The notes under the pieces were generated by a model. That model was not told where the DNA came from, did no database searches, and worked only from the letters and a program-made list of their open reading frames with translations. A program made the translations under genes and the position numbers. From positions 11,904,001-11,968,000 of the forward strand of contig OZ076415.1 in NCBI GenBank assembly GCA_964187785.1: a stretch of DNA of 64,000 nucleotides. Direction: 5' to 3'. Of this stretch, positions 63,410-64,000 are shown piece after piece; the stretch's first letter is position 1, and every line of letters begins with the position of its first letter. The stretch is from Amphiscolops sp. MND2022. Its lineage: Eukaryota.

Positions 63410-64000
63410 TTTTTTTGAGGCTTCGAGCGAGCGAAGCGAAGCGACGAAGTCTCTATTGTTCCGCGTTTACTAGCGTTTTGGTTTTTTTTCGCGTGACATA
63501 CCCTCTGCATTTGTATTGATTGAAGGCTAGTTTCTCAGAGCCTATTTTTCCGCGACCATCCAAACTTTCCAAAAAGAAACGCAACTTGATGCTCTTTCTA
63601 ACCGTGTAAAAACTTTCCGAAAATTTTCCACCGGCGCGATTTTATTAGCTTCGAAAGCGCGAAATTTTCGAAAATTTTTAGGGTTTTTGTCGATTTTGCT
63701 ATTTTTCTTTTCGCAAACCACAGCGAATTGGCCCGATGTAGGTACTAACCGACGTAAAACGATGTTTTCTTTAATTTGGTGAAAGTTTTTTTATCCTAGA
63801 ATTATTGGGCTTTGCGAAAATGACCATTAAAAATAGGAAAAATTTTCGGTTTTTTTGCGTAAAAAATTTCTCAACCTATTTTCAAGTAGCAATCAGTTCT
63901 AATCCAAGCAGTGGTGTTTCTACTCGATAACAGGTTTGCTTAGCTGCCCAAAGTTAGAAATTGGAAAGTCACAACGTTTACGTCGGACAGATAGAGACAA
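63410..64000 (+). repeat. Uninterrupted relative of the element split by Pao element 2
   Basis: gcgaagcga...gtgacataccctctgcatttgta...attagcttcgaaa matches 50415-50478 joined to 59285-59640. Confidence 0.65.

Overview
AT-rich, repeat-dense eukaryotic (invertebrate-animal-like) genomic DNA; the species cannot be determined from the sequence. Two spliced genes lie in tandem on the minus strand. RPS5 (uS7) has 4 coding exons (15459->5705, 199 aa). An ANKIB1-type ankyrin + RBR E3 ligase gene has 11 coding exons (44155->19117, 1580 aa), all GT-AG and phase-compatible. The rest is mostly transposable elements: two Bel/Pao LTR retrotransposons with both LTRs and 5-bp TSDs (one lacks gag/protease; the other has a disrupted gag-pol), a 5'-truncated LINE, two old RTE-like LINE relics, hAT/MULE/pogo-like MITEs with TSDs, and many copies of at least two non-autonomous Helentron-like (HINE/DINE-1-type) families. 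The most unusual feature is a 42 x 52-bp hairpin tandem array in the last RPS5 intron. It is a reiteration of one terminus of a Helentron-like element whose single-unit siblings are in the same window. Several of these elements also carry tRNA-derived cassettes. All coordinates, counts and alignments were done by eye.
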